From: a bacterium
GTDB lineage: Bacteria > Patescibacteriota > Minisyncoccia > JAUYLV01
Assembly (NCBI GenBank): GCA_030649025.1
Contig: JAUSGO010000004.1
Location: 6,824 to 70,823 of the forward strand
Direction: 5' to 3'
Length of the DNA: 64,000 nt
Position 1 is the stretch's first letter. Every line of letters begins with the position of its first letter. Position numbers and translations under genes: made by a program. This document shows positions 1 through 10,581 of this stretch, piece after piece. The notes beneath the pieces are model-generated. The model saw only the letters and a list, made by a program, of their open reading frames with translations, ran no database searches and was not told the origin of the DNA.

Positions 1-168
1 TCTAAGGGCTTTAAGAGAGAACGGATACAGAATAACACGGATAAGAATGGTAAGAAGTATGATGGCAACTCCAATATCGTGGTGCGGCAGGATATTGTAA
101 ATGCCGATAAGCGCATTAAAGATCGGCCGATACAGCGCTTCATTGAAAATACTTATAAAAATATTCAT
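1..168 (-). CDS. yidC: membrane protein insertase YidC/Oxa1 (short form), N-terminal part; continues off the left edge
   Basis: Reverse-strand ATG at 166-168. Translation MNIFISIFNEALYRPIFNALIGIYNILPHHDIGVAIILLTILIRVILYPFSLKALR is YidC-like. It lies downstream of yidD-rnpA-rpmH as expected. Confidence 0.55.
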   Translation of the reverse strand, partial: MNIFISIFNEALYRPIFNALIGIYNILPHHDIGVAIILLTILIRVILYPFSLKALR

Positions 169-279
169 AATATTGGGCCTTCGCGCTAATAAAGCGCCGA
201 TGGCATAGAATGATTTTTAAAACACGGCCTTTTGGTGCCCACACACGCGCTTGCCGGACACATACTATCGGTGTCGGAA

Positions 280-519
280 TCAGACGGGGTCGTATCCTCC
301 TTGGGAGAACGGGTTACAGCGCATTATTCGCCAAGCGCTTCGCGCTATCCCTTTCAAAAAACCCTTTGTTTGTATCGCCTGCTTAGTGTACGTCGAGCAC
401 GACGGATAATATTTACACGACCCGCTCAAAAATGGCAACGAGATGATTCCGTGGTCCGGCGAGACGGTCTTTTGGTATAACTCAATAAGATTTGTTGCGG
501 TTTTTGAGAGTGTTCGCAT
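280..519 (-). CDS. yidD: membrane protein insertion efficiency factor YidD
   Basis: 79-aa ORF with a YidD-like C-terminal ...[13 protein letters not shown]. Overlaps the rnpA 3' end, as in the canonical rpmH-rnpA-yidD-yidC order. Confidence 0.8.
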   Translation of the reverse strand: MRTLSKTATNLIELYQKTVSPDHGIISLPFLSGSCKYYPSCSTYTKQAIQTKGFLKGIARSAWRIMRCNPFSQGGYDPV

Positions 520-832
520 GATAAGTAAGCTCCTTTACTAAATCAAAAAAATCTGCGTCCTGGATGTTTTTTGAAGGAAAGATAAGCAGATCATATCCGA
601 AGAGGGCGGGCATACATTTCTTGACAACCTCCCTTGTTCTTCGTTTTATAGAGTTTCTTGTAACCGCCTTTTTTGCTTCTTTGGCGCTCACTATAACGGC
701 TATGCGAGGCGGCGCTATCCTTGTTGTTCTTGAAGCCTTCAGGCGGAAAAATCTTCCTCGGGTCTGCGTTCCTTTTTCCAACACAAAAAGAACGTCCTGT
801 CTCTTTTTCAACCTGTTAATGCCGGAGAGCAT
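482..832 (-). CDS. rnpA: RNase P protein component
   Basis: Internal Met of the 180-aa ORF: [21 protein letters not shown]...[27 protein letters not shown], the RnpA signature. 117 aa. Confidence 0.85.
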   Translation of the reverse strand: MLSGINRLKKRQDVLFVLEKGTQTRGRFFRLKASRTTRIAPPRIAVIVSAKEAKKAVTRNSIKRRTREVVKKCMPALFGYDLLIFPSKNIQDADFFDLVKELTYHANTLKNRNKSY

Positions 833-849
833 AGAAGGCGGTTTCAGGA

Positions 850-987
850 CTACACAACTAACTTCTTTCTGTGTTTCCGGCGTCGTCTTTGCACCACCCG
901 TCTTCCGCCGGTACGTCGCATGCGTTTTAAAAACCCGTGTACACGACGCCTTCTGCGCTTCTTTGGTTTGTAGGTAAGGGCTAGCAT
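850..987 (-). CDS. rpmH: 50S ribosomal protein L34
   Basis: Not in the ORF track (45 aa). Reverse translation [45 protein letters not shown] matches the L34 consensus; 17 nt upstream of rnpA. Confidence 0.9.
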   Translation of the reverse strand: MLALTYKPKKRRRRRVHGFLKRMRRTGGRRVVQRRRRKHRKKLVV

Positions 988-1176
988 TCTTGTAAAGAAT
1001 ACATTCTTCGTGTATGCTCGTCAATAGTTAATTTTCATCCACAACTTCTGCACAGATGGGGATTATTTTTTAAGTTTTTTTCTGCGTGCTATACTACCTT
1101 CCGTTGTGTGAATTTATTTTCATTGTTATTGCCTGCGTTCTTCGCATGCATTATAAGATAATTTTTTCTCCTGCAT
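988..1176. promoter_or_regulatory. rpmH-dnaA divergent intergenic region; dnaA promoter with a DnaA-box-like TCATCCACA (about 1049-1057)
   Basis: Position between divergent rpmH and dnaA. One 8/9 match to TTATCCACA. Confidence 0.35.
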
Positions 1177-2571
1177 ATGACCAATGAAGATCTCTGGCAG
1201 ACCGTGTTGGGCGAAATGGAACTTACGCTTTCCAGGGCAAATTTCGTTACCTGGTTTAAAAACACTTCTATTTCTGCTCACGAAAGCGGCGCCGTGATCG
1301 TCAGCGTCCCGAACGGGTTCACACAAGAGTGGTTGGAGAATAAATATAACAAATTTATCCTTAAATCGTTGCGCAAAACATCTCCGGACGTTAAAGAGGT
1401 GAAGTATGTCATAGGCTCCTACAGTCCGCCTCCGCGCCGAGAACACCTTGATGTCTCCCCCGAGACTCAAATGGACAAGGAATCTTTTGCCTACGACGAC
1501 CAGCTTAGCGTCGGTGAACTTGAACAGCCGGTTCTGGTAAATAAAGCGAACCTCAATACCCGCTATACCTTTTCTTCGTTTATCGTTGGTTCTTCAAACG
1601 AATTGGCAAACGCAGCTTCCCTCGCCGTTGCAGGAAGCCCCGGTACGGTATACAACCCCCTACTTATCTATGGGGGAGTTGGGCTTGGAAAAACGCATCT
1701 TATGCAGGCGGTCGGAAACGAAATACTCGCAAAGCGCCCCGGAGCGCAAGTTAAGTACATAGCCGCGGAACGTTTTACGACGGAGCTTATCAATTCGCTC
1801 CAAGATAAGCGTATTGAAGAATTTAAACAGCGCTATCGGGCTTGCGATGTGCTTATTATCGACGATATCCAATTTCTTTCCGGAAAAGAAAAGACTCAGG
1901 AGGAGTTTTTTCATACCTTTAATCATCTTTTTGCCAACAATAAACAGATCATCCTTTCTTCCGACCGCCCTCCAAAAGCCATAGGAGGCATCGAGGAGCG
2001 ACTACGGAGCCGTTTTGAGGGCGGCATGGTCGCCGATGTTGGCATACCAGAGCTTGAGATGCGTGTTGCGATTCTAAAGAAAAAATCAGAAGAAAGAAAT
2101 ATTGCGCTTCCCGATGACGTGCTTATGTATATTTCTACGAAAATCCAGAAAAATATTAGAGAGCTCGAGGGAGCGCTTAATAAAATAGCCGCTTACGTAC
2201 AACACACCAAAACAGTTCCTTCTCTTAAAATAGCAGAGAAAATCCTCTCAAGCCTTATAAATCAGCCAAAACGGATGATTTTGGTACGGGATATTATGAA
2301 GGCTGTGTCGGATTTCTACGATATCGGCCTCGATGAAATTGTAAACCAGTGCCGGAGAAAAGAGGTGGTAAGACCGCGACAAATAACCATGTATCTTCTG
2401 CGCGAAGAGCTGCAAAGCTCTTATCCGGCCATTGGAGCCAAGCTCGGCAACAGAGATCATACGACCGTTATGTACGGCTGCGAAAAAATTACAAAAGAAC
2501 TGGAAAACAACCTTACGCTACAGGAAGAGGTCCGGCTCATTCGGGAGCGCCTGTATGCAAACATGGGATAG
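1177..2571 (+). CDS. dnaA: chromosomal replication initiator DnaA
   Basis: Walker A GVGLGKTHLMQAVGNE, Walker B/sensor LIIDDIQFLSGKEKTQEEFFHTFNHL, and a C-terminal DNA-binding domain. Confidence 0.97.
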   Translation: MTNEDLWQTVLGEMELTLSRANFVTWFKNTSISAHESGAVIVSVPNGFTQEWLENKYNKFILKSLRKTSPDVKEVKYVIGSYSPPPRREHLDVSPETQMDKESFAYDDQLSVGELEQPVLVNKANLNTRYTFSSFIVGSSNELANAASLAVAGSPGTVYNPLLIYGGVGLGKTHLMQAVGNEILAKRPGAQVKYIAAERFTTELINSLQDKRIEEFKQRYRACDVLIIDDIQFLSGKEKTQEEFFHTFNHLFANNKQIILSSDRPPKAIGGIEERLRSRFEGGMVADVGIPELEMRVAILKKKSEERNIALPDDVLMYISTKIQKNIRELEGALNKIAAYVQHTKTVPSLKIAEKILSSLINQPKRMILVRDIMKAVSDFYDIGLDEIVNQCRRKEVVRPRQITMYLLREELQSSYPAIGAKLGNRDHTTVMYGCEKITKELENNLTLQEEVRLIRERLYANMG

Positions 2572-2791
2572 AGTGTGTACAAAAAAAATAATTTTATTTT
2601 TCTCTTTTTTTGTTCACTGAAATATTCCGCTTATAGCCAGGCCCTCCACACCTTTATAAAATTCTTACAGTATATTTTTTGTATAAACAGCGATAAAAAA
2701 CTATTTTCCCCTTTTCCACAGCGCATAATAATAATCATTATAAATATTATATATAAAGAAATCTTATTATATATAATACCGGTGTATAACT
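2572..2791. promoter_or_regulatory. predicted oriC / DNA-unwinding element in the dnaA-dnaN spacer
   Basis: 220-nt spacer that is strongly AT-rich (ataataataatcattataaatattatatataaagaaatcttattatatataat), with a DnaA-box-like TTTTCCACA at about 2717-2725. Classical location for oriC. Confidence 0.45.
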
Positions 2792-3889
2792 ATGAAATTT
2801 TCCTGCATCAGATCATATTTTCTAAACGCGGCAAGCTCCGTTGAAAGAATAATAGAAAAAAATAGCACGCTTCCCATTCTTCAAAATATTTTTATTAAAG
2901 TTGAAAAAGGGAAGACCACACTTTCCACGACAAACCTTGAAATAGGCATACATGCTTCATTCCAATCAAAAGCGGACGAGGAAGGATCTTTTACCGTTCC
3001 TGCAAAAACCCTATTGAATTTTCTTATGTATGTGGATACAGAAAAGATAACAGTCCACACAAAAGGAACAAATCTTATTATAAATGCCGGCTCTCATAAG
3101 GCGGACATTAAAGGACTTGACGCAACTAATTTTCCTATCATTCCTGAAATAACCGAAAGCTTTTCTACTTCTCTGCCTGCAGAAGAATTTTTTTCAGCTC
3201 TTTCTTCCCTAACTTTTCTTTCTTCAATGGGAGACCTGCGGCCGGAGCTTGCGGGAGTTTTTTGCAGTTTTGAAAAAAACCAACTGCGCATGGCTGCAAC
3301 AGACAGTTTTCGTCTCGGAGAATTTATTTTAAAAATCCCTACCCCAAAGAAAGAAACGACCTGTATTATACCTACGCGAACCGTAAACGAAATAATCCGC
3401 TTATTCACCGGGGCCGAAGCCGTTACCTTAAAACTAAGTGCCAATCAAATTCTCATCAAAACACAGGAAAAAGAGCTCATCTCCCGCCTCATCGAAGAAA
3501 AATACCCCGATTATACGGCAGTTATTCCGACATCAAGCACAACCAGAACATATCTTAAAAGGGAAGAGTTTATGCAGGCCTTGCGCGCCGCAAGCGTTTT
3601 TAGCGGAAAGACGCGTGAGGTAAAAATTAATATTTTTCCGGAAGAAAAAAAATATATTATAGAAAGCCGCAATGCCGACATAGGAGAACACAAAAGCGAA
3701 ATTTCTTGCGACGGAAACGGAAAAAACGTGACGGTATCGGTTAACTATCAGTATTTCCTTGATGCCCTCGGGAAGATTTCCGACGAAATGATTTCTTTTG
3801 AGAACAACAACGAAACAGACCCCATTCTTCTTAAGGGGCTTGCGGGCGCCGGACCAAGATATATTATTATGCCGTTGCGCTCGTATTAG
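2792..3889 (+). CDS. dnaN: DNA polymerase III beta sliding clamp
   Basis: 365 aa immediately after dnaA. N-terminus MKFSCIRSYFLNAASSVERIIEKNSTLPILQNIFIKVEKG is typical of DnaN. Confidence 0.95.
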   Translation: MKFSCIRSYFLNAASSVERIIEKNSTLPILQNIFIKVEKGKTTLSTTNLEIGIHASFQSKADEEGSFTVPAKTLLNFLMYVDTEKITVHTKGTNLIINAGSHKADIKGLDATNFPIIPEITESFSTSLPAEEFFSALSSLTFLSSMGDLRPELAGVFCSFEKNQLRMAATDSFRLGEFILKIPTPKKETTCIIPTRTVNEIIRLFTGAEAVTLKLSANQILIKTQEKELISRLIEEKYPDYTAVIPTSSTTRTYLKREEFMQALRAASVFSGKTREVKINIFPEEKKYIIESRNADIGEHKSEISCDGNGKNVTVSVNYQYFLDALGKISDEMISFENNNETDPILLKGLAGAGPRYIIMPLRSY

Positions 3890-3915
3890 GCGGTTCGCGC
3901 TACAAAAAACCTCCT

Positions 3916-4215
3916 ATGAAGCGACTCGGAGAGCTGTTGAAAAGCGTATATGAAAAAAAATCCGAAACATACGACGAGATCGAACGCATAAACATTTTTC
4001 TGAAAAAGCACCACGGCACTTTATCCCCCACTCTTCAAAACCTTCTTGATAGGCGTACAGGAATTTCGTATAAGAATAATATACTTACCATCTTTGTTCC
4101 AAGAGGGCTCTTTTCCCCAGAAACACACTTCGCCGCCCACGAACTCAAAGAATTTTTTCTAAAAGAATCCGAAAAAAAACTTCGCGCGGTGCGATTTGCT
4201 CCGGAACAGCAATGA
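3916..4215 (+). CDS. small conserved protein downstream of dnaN (possible DUF721/DciA-like)
   Basis: 99 aa at the position where recF/DUF721 genes often sit. Weak pattern similarity only. Confidence 0.35.
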   Translation: MKRLGELLKSVYEKKSETYDEIERINIFLKKHHGTLSPTLQNLLDRRTGISYKNNILTIFVPRGLFSPETHFAAHELKEFFLKESEKKLRAVRFAPEQQ

Positions 4216-4260
4216 AAAGCGTGTACCGCACAAGAAAAACGCCAGCAATCTGCTGGCGTT

Positions 4261-6429
4261 TTATTTTTTGGAAAAACCCGTCTGGCCCTGTGTTATCGCG
4301 TCCCGTATCATTTGCTCGGAAAACTCGGGACACGTAGGTAGTTTTTCCGGAGGCACGTCTTGGTAAAGATCCTCCATGATGGTTTTTGCGATCTTTCCGG
4401 GTCCTTTGCCGCCCGGTTCTTTGTGCGGATCGTTTACGCCATGTGCATCGTCTCCGATAGAGGTGTTGTCTTCAAAACCAAGCCACACAAGCACCGTATA
4501 TCCTTTCTGGCCACACGTGGAGATGCTGATCCAAGCATCTTTGAAGTTATTTGTTGTTCCTGTTTTTGCAATTACGGGGAAAGGAAGAGGCGGTCCGTTT
4601 TTAAGCCAGGGGCTTCCTTTCCCGAGTATGTAGTGCGCAGTGCCGTGTTGCCACAGTATCGGGCCGCGAAGCATGGCAAGAAGCTTGGCCTCAGTGTCTT
4701 GAGGAATTACTTGCGCACAATCGTTTTTAAAGTCCTTCCCAGGAAATTCTTCCGGTATTCCTGTCGGATACATCACCCGATCAACAATACGCCCCTTGTC
4801 AATTAAGCACCCGCCGTTTGCGATTGTTGCGTATGCAAGCGCGATATTAAGCGGCGTAGCTTCCACGGCGCCAAGTGCTGCCGTTGGATAGTGATGAACG
4901 TCTCCTTTTGCGTCGACGTAAGACGAAAAATTCCCCTTCAGACCCGCTTGTTTGGCAATCCTTATCACATCGTTAATGTCGACCATATGCAGAACCGCCC
5001 ACATTGTCGCAGCGTTCCGTGATTCCGCAAGCGCAAGCCAACAAGGAATTATCCCTTTGTGCTTTCCGTCGTAATTATTTATTGTTTTTCTTTTGCCATT
5101 GCCCATTTTCACACTTACATATCCATCATTGAGCAGACAGGGTTTTTCGTCGTCTCTGCCGATTCCCCACCCATGAGCAAGCAAGGCAAGGTAGACAAAC
5201 GGCTTGAACGCGGAGCCGAGCTGGCGATTTGCCTGCCAGAGATAGCGAAATCCATACCAAGGATTTGTTCCGCCCTCAGAGACAGCGACAATGTCGCCGT
5301 TGTTTTTAAGAACCAAAGCAAGCCCCGTTATCTTTTTTTGTTTTTCCGGCTGGTCGTAATGGCGCTGGCGGTATGCCAGAAGACCATTTTCCAAAGCCGC
5401 ATCCGCGATGTTCTGAACGGACGCATCGATGGTTGTGAAGACGGCCGGCCCAAAAAGATATAAGCGGTCCCGGTCTTCCTTGGAAAGGCTTTCAAGGGCA
5501 AAGCCGACCGCTGACGGAGCAAAGCTGCGCGCGTTCCACGGATTAGTGCGCAGGTCCCTTACTCCAAGAGGTTTTTTAATGTACGTCTCAAATTGATCTC
5601 GCGTAAGATAGCCGTTCCTATGCATCCGATCGAGTACGATGAATCTTCGTCCAAGAGCCTCTTCCTCGTTCCCTTTTTTGAAGGGAGAGTATTTGACGGG
5701 ATTTTGGATGAGTGCCGCAAGAAGCGCGGCTTCGTGCGGCTCTAGATCCGCAAGCTTTTTCCCGAAATAGAAATCTGACGCCGCAACAAATCCGTATTGC
5801 GGTGCGCCTCCTTTGGGACTCGGGAACCTTCCAAGAAAGACCAATGAAGCGTACTGTTCAAAAATTACCTCTTTGGCTTTTCTCCGATTCCATCCGAAGT
5901 GGCGCCAGAGCACAAACTCCCAACGAAGCGCCATGCGCGCTTCCCGGATTTTTCTAAACCACCTTTCGTGTTTCCCAGATGGTTTTTTATGCCATTCGCG
6001 ATACATCTCTTCCTGTAAAAAACGCATCCTAACAACCTGCTGGGTCATCGTTGAAGCTCCGCCCTTAATTTTCCCCGCAAGAGAATTCTCGATTGCCATA
6101 ATAATCATTCGAAACGGATTAACTCCCGGATGCCACCAAAACTCTTTATCCTCTGCGGAAAGTACGGCGTATTCAAGGGTTTTTGGAATATTTTTGTAAG
6201 GAACGAAAGTCCGGTATTCTCTACCGAACTCTCCAAGAGGCACGCCATCCGATGTGATTATTTTCCCGGAAAGCTGTGGAGAAAATCCGAACATTTCTTC
6301 TTCGGTCGGCAGATCGTATGGAAGCACGTAAACCCACAATGCAACGAACACAGAAAAAAACGTCAGAATGGTCGCTATCCTGTGTTTTTTTACCGTTCTC
6401 CAAAGACGTTCGACGCGCAGAAAACGCAT
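4261..6429 (-). CDS. class A penicillin-binding protein (glycosyltransferase GT51 + transpeptidase), PBP1A family
   Basis: N-terminal TM, GT51 motifs EDKEFWWHPG and GGASTMTQQ. Transpeptidase motifs SAFKPF (SxxK) and KTGTT. Confidence 0.9.
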   Translation of the reverse strand: MRFLRVERLWRTVKKHRIATILTFFSVFVALWVYVLPYDLPTEEEMFGFSPQLSGKIITSDGVPLGEFGREYRTFVPYKNIPKTLEYAVLSAEDKEFWWHPGVNPFRMIIMAIENSLAGKIKGGASTMTQQVVRMRFLQEEMYREWHKKPSGKHERWFRKIREARMALRWEFVLWRHFGWNRRKAKEVIFEQYASLVFLGRFPSPKGGAPQYGFVAASDFYFGKKLADLEPHEAALLAALIQNPVKYSPFKKGNEEEALGRRFIVLDRMHRNGYLTRDQFETYIKKPLGVRDLRTNPWNARSFAPSAVGFALESLSKEDRDRLYLFGPAVFTTIDASVQNIADAALENGLLAYRQRHYDQPEKQKKITGLALVLKNNGDIVAVSEGGTNPWYGFRYLWQANRQLGSAFKPFVYLALLAHGWGIGRDDEKPCLLNDGYVSVKMGNGKRKTINNYDGKHKGIIPCWLALAESRNAATMWAVLHMVDINDVIRIAKQAGLKGNFSSYVDAKGDVHHYPTAALGAVEATPLNIALAYATIANGGCLIDKGRIVDRVMYPTGIPEEFPGKDFKNDCAQVIPQDTEAKLLAMLRGPILWQHGTAHYILGKGSPWLKNGPPLPFPVIAKTGTTNNFKDAWISISTCGQKGYTVLVWLGFEDNTSIGDDAHGVNDPHKEPGGKGPGKIAKTIMEDLYQDVPPEKLPTCPEFSEQMIRDAITQGQTGFSKK

Positions 6430-6585
6430 AACATCCTCCTGATCTTTCCCGACTCAAGGCCGGGACCCCGACTTCTTTAATTCAAAAAAACAGAAGCGTT
6501 GGGGTAGTTTTCAAGGTGCAAAATCACTATCAGCTATATCGTATATGGAGAAAAAACACAACACCCGCGTTCCTATCAAAAATCC

Positions 6586-6608
6586 CTCTCACAAGAGGGG
6601 TTTTTGAT
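6586..6608. terminator. bidirectional rho-independent terminator (ccctctcacaagagggg flanked by an A-run and a T-run)
   Basis: Perfect 6-bp stem with a 5-nt loop, aaaaat before and ttttt after; downstream of ndk on the minus strand. Confidence 0.5.
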
Positions 6609-6807
6609 AGCTTCGCGGACTTCAGGTACACCGTATTCAGCTGGTCTCCAGGTGGGTGCCCGCAATCTTCTTTATCTGAACGTCCTTGGACGGACACTCA
6701 TCAAAAGAAGATACTATGGGGTTCCCAAAGAAAGAAAGATTGTACTAAAACGTTTATACCCAAACACTCCGTGAAGCTATGTATAGTATACCACAACCCG
6801 TGCCAAA

Positions 6808-7416
6808 TTAATACATCACGTCTTCTTCAGCGCGTTTGTAGTCATGAAGCTCCTTTTCCGAAAACCAATACGCAAGCTCTTTCTCCGCCTCTTCCGGAGT
6901 TCCGGATGCGTGTGCAAGGTTTCGTACCGTACGATGGTCTCGGTTGGCGCAAGCGGCGGAATCCGTTGAAAAATCACCGCGAATTGTTCCCATCTCGGCC
7001 AGGGCCGGCATCGTATGCCCGCAAAGCTTACGGATGCCCTCCACCACATGCACCCCCTTGATGGCCACCTTCATAATGGGACCGGAAAGCATGAATTCCA
7101 CGAGCCACGACCTTACCATTCGGCCGATTTCCAGATCGTCATCCGTTCCCATTTCTGCCTTTACATCAATGCCATATTTCTCATAAGTTGCTTTCGTTTT
7201 CCCCGCCAAACTTTTCGCATACGCGTCGCTATTATCATAATGCCCTTCTATTTGTTCCCGCGTCGCCCACACCATTGCAAGGCCGATGATCTTAAAGCCT
7301 CGCATCTCAATACGGCGAATAATCTCTCCGGTTAGCCCGCGCTTTACGCCGTCGGGCTTAACAAGCAGCAGCGTGCGTTCTTCTCTGGGGTGTCGAGGAT
7401 GGACAAGCTCGCTCAT
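6808..7416 (-). CDS. ndk: nucleoside diphosphate kinase with an internal insertion
   Basis: LLLVKPDGVKRGLTGEIIRRIEMRGFKI ... HASGTPEEAEKELAYWF. 202 aa is longer than the usual ~140 aa. Confidence 0.85.
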   Translation of the reverse strand: MSELVHPRHPREERTLLLVKPDGVKRGLTGEIIRRIEMRGFKIIGLAMVWATREQIEGHYDNSDAYAKSLAGKTKATYEKYGIDVKAEMGTDDDLEIGRMVRSWLVEFMLSGPIMKVAIKGVHVVEGIRKLCGHTMPALAEMGTIRGDFSTDSAACANRDHRTVRNLAHASGTPEEAEKELAYWFSEKELHDYKRAEEDVMY

Positions 7417-7464
7417 GAAAAATTTTTTAAAAATGGATTTTTACTGATGTGCGTATTCACTGGG

Positions 7465-7800
7465 CTACTCAAGCTCTCTGTAGAAGCGCCCCGTCGGCGT
7501 CTGCTGGACATCGTGTTGACCGGACAAGACAGGAGAAAAAAAATCTTCTCTTTGTACTTCTTCGATTTCTCGGTTAATTTCTTCTATTTTTCCTTTTTGC
7601 ACCGCATCTGCCCAGGAAGCGCCTTCGGGCCTGCCGATCACGAACGCCTTCTTGTTTTCGACGTTTTTCTGGTGGGCTTGGCGCGCCGTGTTCATATAAT
7701 CCCCGAATACGGAGATAACAAATTTCGGTTGGCCCTCTTCAAGGACCAGAACCTTTCCACCGTGCTCTAGAAATTCTTTTATCTCTTGAGTTAATTCCAT
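7465..7800 (-). CDS. hypothetical protein with a Phd/YefM-antitoxin-like N-terminal pattern
   Basis: IKEFLEHGGKVLVLEEGQPKFVISVFGDY resembles the YefM core. No adjacent toxin gene. Confidence 0.35.
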   Translation of the reverse strand: MELTQEIKEFLEHGGKVLVLEEGQPKFVISVFGDYMNTARQAHQKNVENKKAFVIGRPEGASWADAVQKGKIEEINREIEEVQREDFFSPVLSGQHDVQQTPTGRFYRELE

Positions 7801-7884
7801 ACCACTACAATGCTAGCAGATAAGACGGCGCCGGACAAGCCCGCGCCACTCCTTTGAGAGTAGCTGTGAGCCAGCCTTGGCCCA

Positions 7885-9990
7885 TTATTTTTTTCTTCCA
7901 TTAATGATTTCTTCGGCAACATTGCGTGGCACCTCCTCGTAACTGGAGAACTCCATTGTGTAGGAAGCTCTGCCCTCCGTCATGCTGCGGAGCTTTGTGG
8001 CATAGCCGAACATTTCTGCAAGTGGTACCGCCGCGTCAACAATTTTCAACTGGGCCCGCTGTCCCAGGTTTTCTATGCGCGCCCGCTTGCTGGATAGATC
8101 CCCGGTAACGTCTCCAAGGAATTTTTCTGGCGTTACGGCCTCTACTTTCATTACCGGCTCCAAAATAATGGGCTTTGCGCGTCTCACGCCTTCTTGTAAC
8201 GCCATGGATGCCGCAATTTTAAAAGCTATCTCGGAAGAGTCCACGTCGTGGTATGAGCCATCATAAAGAGTAACCCGCATGTCTTGCAACGGGTATCCGG
8301 CAACAACTCCCCGCTCCATAGCTTCCTTTACGCCTTTTTGCACCGCCGAGATGTACTCCTGCGGGATAACGCCCCCCCGAAGCTTGCTTTCAAATTCGAA
8401 TCCGGCTCCGCGTTCCAGGGCCTCGAGCCTCAGCCAGACGTGGCCGTACTGCCCATGTCCTCCCGTCTGCTTGATGTATTTTCCTTCGGCTTCAGCCGTC
8501 CCTTTGATGGTCTCTTTATATGCGACCTGTGGCGTACCGACGTTCGCTTCCACCTTAAATTCCCGCTTCATGCGATCAACAATGATCTCGAGGTGCAATT
8601 CGCCCATGCCGGAGATAATCGTGTCACCGGTTTCTTCATCTCCCTTGATGCGAAACGTCGGATCTTCGTCGGACAGGCGTTTTAACGCCAACCCCATTTT
8701 CTCCTGGTCGGCCTTCGTCTTTGGTTCAATTCGCTGGGAAATTACCGGTTCCGGAAAAATAATTTTTTCAAGTATGATGGGATTGTCCAGGTCGCAGAGC
8801 GTATCCCCGGTCGTAGTGCCCTTAAGCCCTACCGCGGCGGCAATGCCACCGGCCCAAACTTCTTTGATTTCTTCCCGGTGGTTTGCATGCATCTGCAAAA
8901 TGCGCCCGATGCGCTCTTTGTCACCGGTCCCTGCGTTATACACATAGGACCCGGCCTCTACCCTTCCAGAGTAGACCCGGAAGTAAGTGAGCGAGCCGAC
9001 AAACGGATCGGTGGCCACTTTAAATGCCAAGGCCGAAAACGGAGCCTGGTCGTCGGCAGAACGAACGAGATCTTCTCCCGTTCTTGGATGAGTTCCTGTA
9101 ACCGGGGGACGATCCAGGGGCGATGGTAAGTAATCCACCACCGCGTCAAGCATGAACTGTACGCCTTTATTTTTTAAGGCGGAGCCAACCAAAACAGGAA
9201 TAAGTGCGTTGTTAATGGTGGCCCTGCGAATAATTCGTTTTACTTCTTCGATAGGCGGCTCGACTCCGGCCAAATACTGCTCCATGGCCTTATCGTCCTT
9301 TTCCACAACTTTTTCAATAAGTTCATGGCGAAGTTCTTTGGCGCGTTCCTGCAGATCCGCCGGGACGACGCTTTCCACAATGCGCTCCCCGTGTTCCCCT
9401 TCAAACCGATATGCTTTCATGAGAAGCAGATCCACCACTCCTTCAAATCTATCTTCCTCGCCAATAGGAAGATGCATGCGTATGGCGTTCGGGGTCAGCC
9501 GTTCAAGAATAGAAGCGAAGCTTCGCTCAAAGCTCGCGCCCGCCCTATCGAGCTTGTTGATAAAGCAGATGCGCGGTACGTGGTATTCGTCCGCATAGTG
9601 CCAGTTGGTTTCGCTTTGAGGTTCCACTCCCGCAACGCCATCGAACACTACCACAGCCCCGTCCAGCACCCGCAGGGAGCGTTTTACTTCAACCGTAAAG
9701 TCGATATGTCCCGGCGTATCTATAAGGTTAATGCGATACTCGTGCGTCTTTTTGTCTTTGCCGTAGGGCGTCCAAAAACATGCAGTAGCCGCCGAAGTGA
9801 TGGTGATGCCGCGCTCCCGTTCCTGCTCCATCCAATCCATCACGGTATCGCCCTCGTGCACCTCGCCAATTTTATGCGAGATGCCGGTGTAAAACAAAAC
9901 ACGCTCGGAAACGGTGGTTTTTCCGGCGTCGATATGAGCAATGATGCCAATATCTCGTATACGCTCGAGAGGATAGTCTCTCATAAACAA
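7885..9990 (-). CDS. fusA: elongation factor G
   Basis: [23 protein letters not shown], 701 aa, downstream of rpsG in the str operon. Confidence 0.97.
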   Translation of the reverse strand: MFMRDYPLERIRDIGIIAHIDAGKTTVSERVLFYTGISHKIGEVHEGDTVMDWMEQERERGITITSAATACFWTPYGKDKKTHEYRINLIDTPGHIDFTVEVKRSLRVLDGAVVVFDGVAGVEPQSETNWHYADEYHVPRICFINKLDRAGASFERSFASILERLTPNAIRMHLPIGEEDRFEGVVDLLLMKAYRFEGEHGERIVESVVPADLQERAKELRHELIEKVVEKDDKAMEQYLAGVEPPIEEVKRIIRRATINNALIPVLVGSALKNKGVQFMLDAVVDYLPSPLDRPPVTGTHPRTGEDLVRSADDQAPFSALAFKVATDPFVGSLTYFRVYSGRVEAGSYVYNAGTGDKERIGRILQMHANHREEIKEVWAGGIAAAVGLKGTTTGDTLCDLDNPIILEKIIFPEPVISQRIEPKTKADQEKMGLALKRLSDEDPTFRIKGDEETGDTIISGMGELHLEIIVDRMKREFKVEANVGTPQVAYKETIKGTAEAEGKYIKQTGGHGQYGHVWLRLEALERGAGFEFESKLRGGVIPQEYISAVQKGVKEAMERGVVAGYPLQDMRVTLYDGSYHDVDSSEIAFKIAASMALQEGVRRAKPIILEPVMKVEAVTPEKFLGDVTGDLSSKRARIENLGQRAQLKIVDAAVPLAEMFGYATKLRSMTEGRASYTMEFSSYEEVPRNVAEEIINGRKK

Positions 9991-10095
9991 AAACTCGTTA
10001 TGTCGTTAACGAGTTGGCGAGCTCCCGCCTGAGGCGGATCCGCCTTTGGTGGAAATATGCCGATAGAATTGACCCGTTAACGCGTTAATGAAAAT

Positions 10096-10563
10096 TTACC
10101 AGGAGAAGTGTGCAAATGCCTTGTTCGCTTCCGCCATCCGGTGAGTGTCCGCCTTTTTCTTTATCGCGTATCCCGTGTTATTGGCCGCATCGATAAGCTC
10201 TTCCGCAAGCTTTTGCGCCATAGGCTTGCCCTTCCGGGTCCTTGCCCCGTTAATAAGCCATTTGCACGCCAAAAACATTTTCCGTTCTCCCCGCACTTCA
10301 CGCGGAACCTGATAGTTCGCGCCGCCCACGCGTCTGGATTTAAGTTCAAGCTGCGGCGTAGCGTTTTTTATGGCGGCGTCAAAGGCTTCAAGGGGATCCT
10401 TTTTTGTTTTTTCGCCCATGCGGACCAGCGCCGTATACATAATTCGCTCCGCAGTGGATTTCTTGCCCCGCTCCATAAGGTAATTAATAAATTTTGCGAC
10501 GACGGCGCTCGCGTACTTTGCGTCCGGCTGAATGGTTGTTTTTAGTTTTCGTTTACGCCTCAT
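10096..10563 (-). CDS. rpsG: 30S ribosomal protein S7
   Basis: 155 aa, S7 consensus throughout. Confidence 0.95.
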   Translation of the reverse strand: MRRKRKLKTTIQPDAKYASAVVAKFINYLMERGKKSTAERIMYTALVRMGEKTKKDPLEAFDAAIKNATPQLELKSRRVGGANYQVPREVRGERKMFLACKWLINGARTRKGKPMAQKLAEELIDAANNTGYAIKKKADTHRMAEANKAFAHFSW

Positions 10564-10581
10564 ACTCTATGATTTATTATC

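Noticed and set aside
8279-9598. Several long plus-strand ORFs (8279-8947, 9152-9598, 9325-10032) inside the fusA locus
   Set aside because: They are antisense to a highly conserved EF-G coding sequence, have odd Ser/Pro/Cys-rich composition, and no homolog pattern. They are artefacts of the opposite strand.
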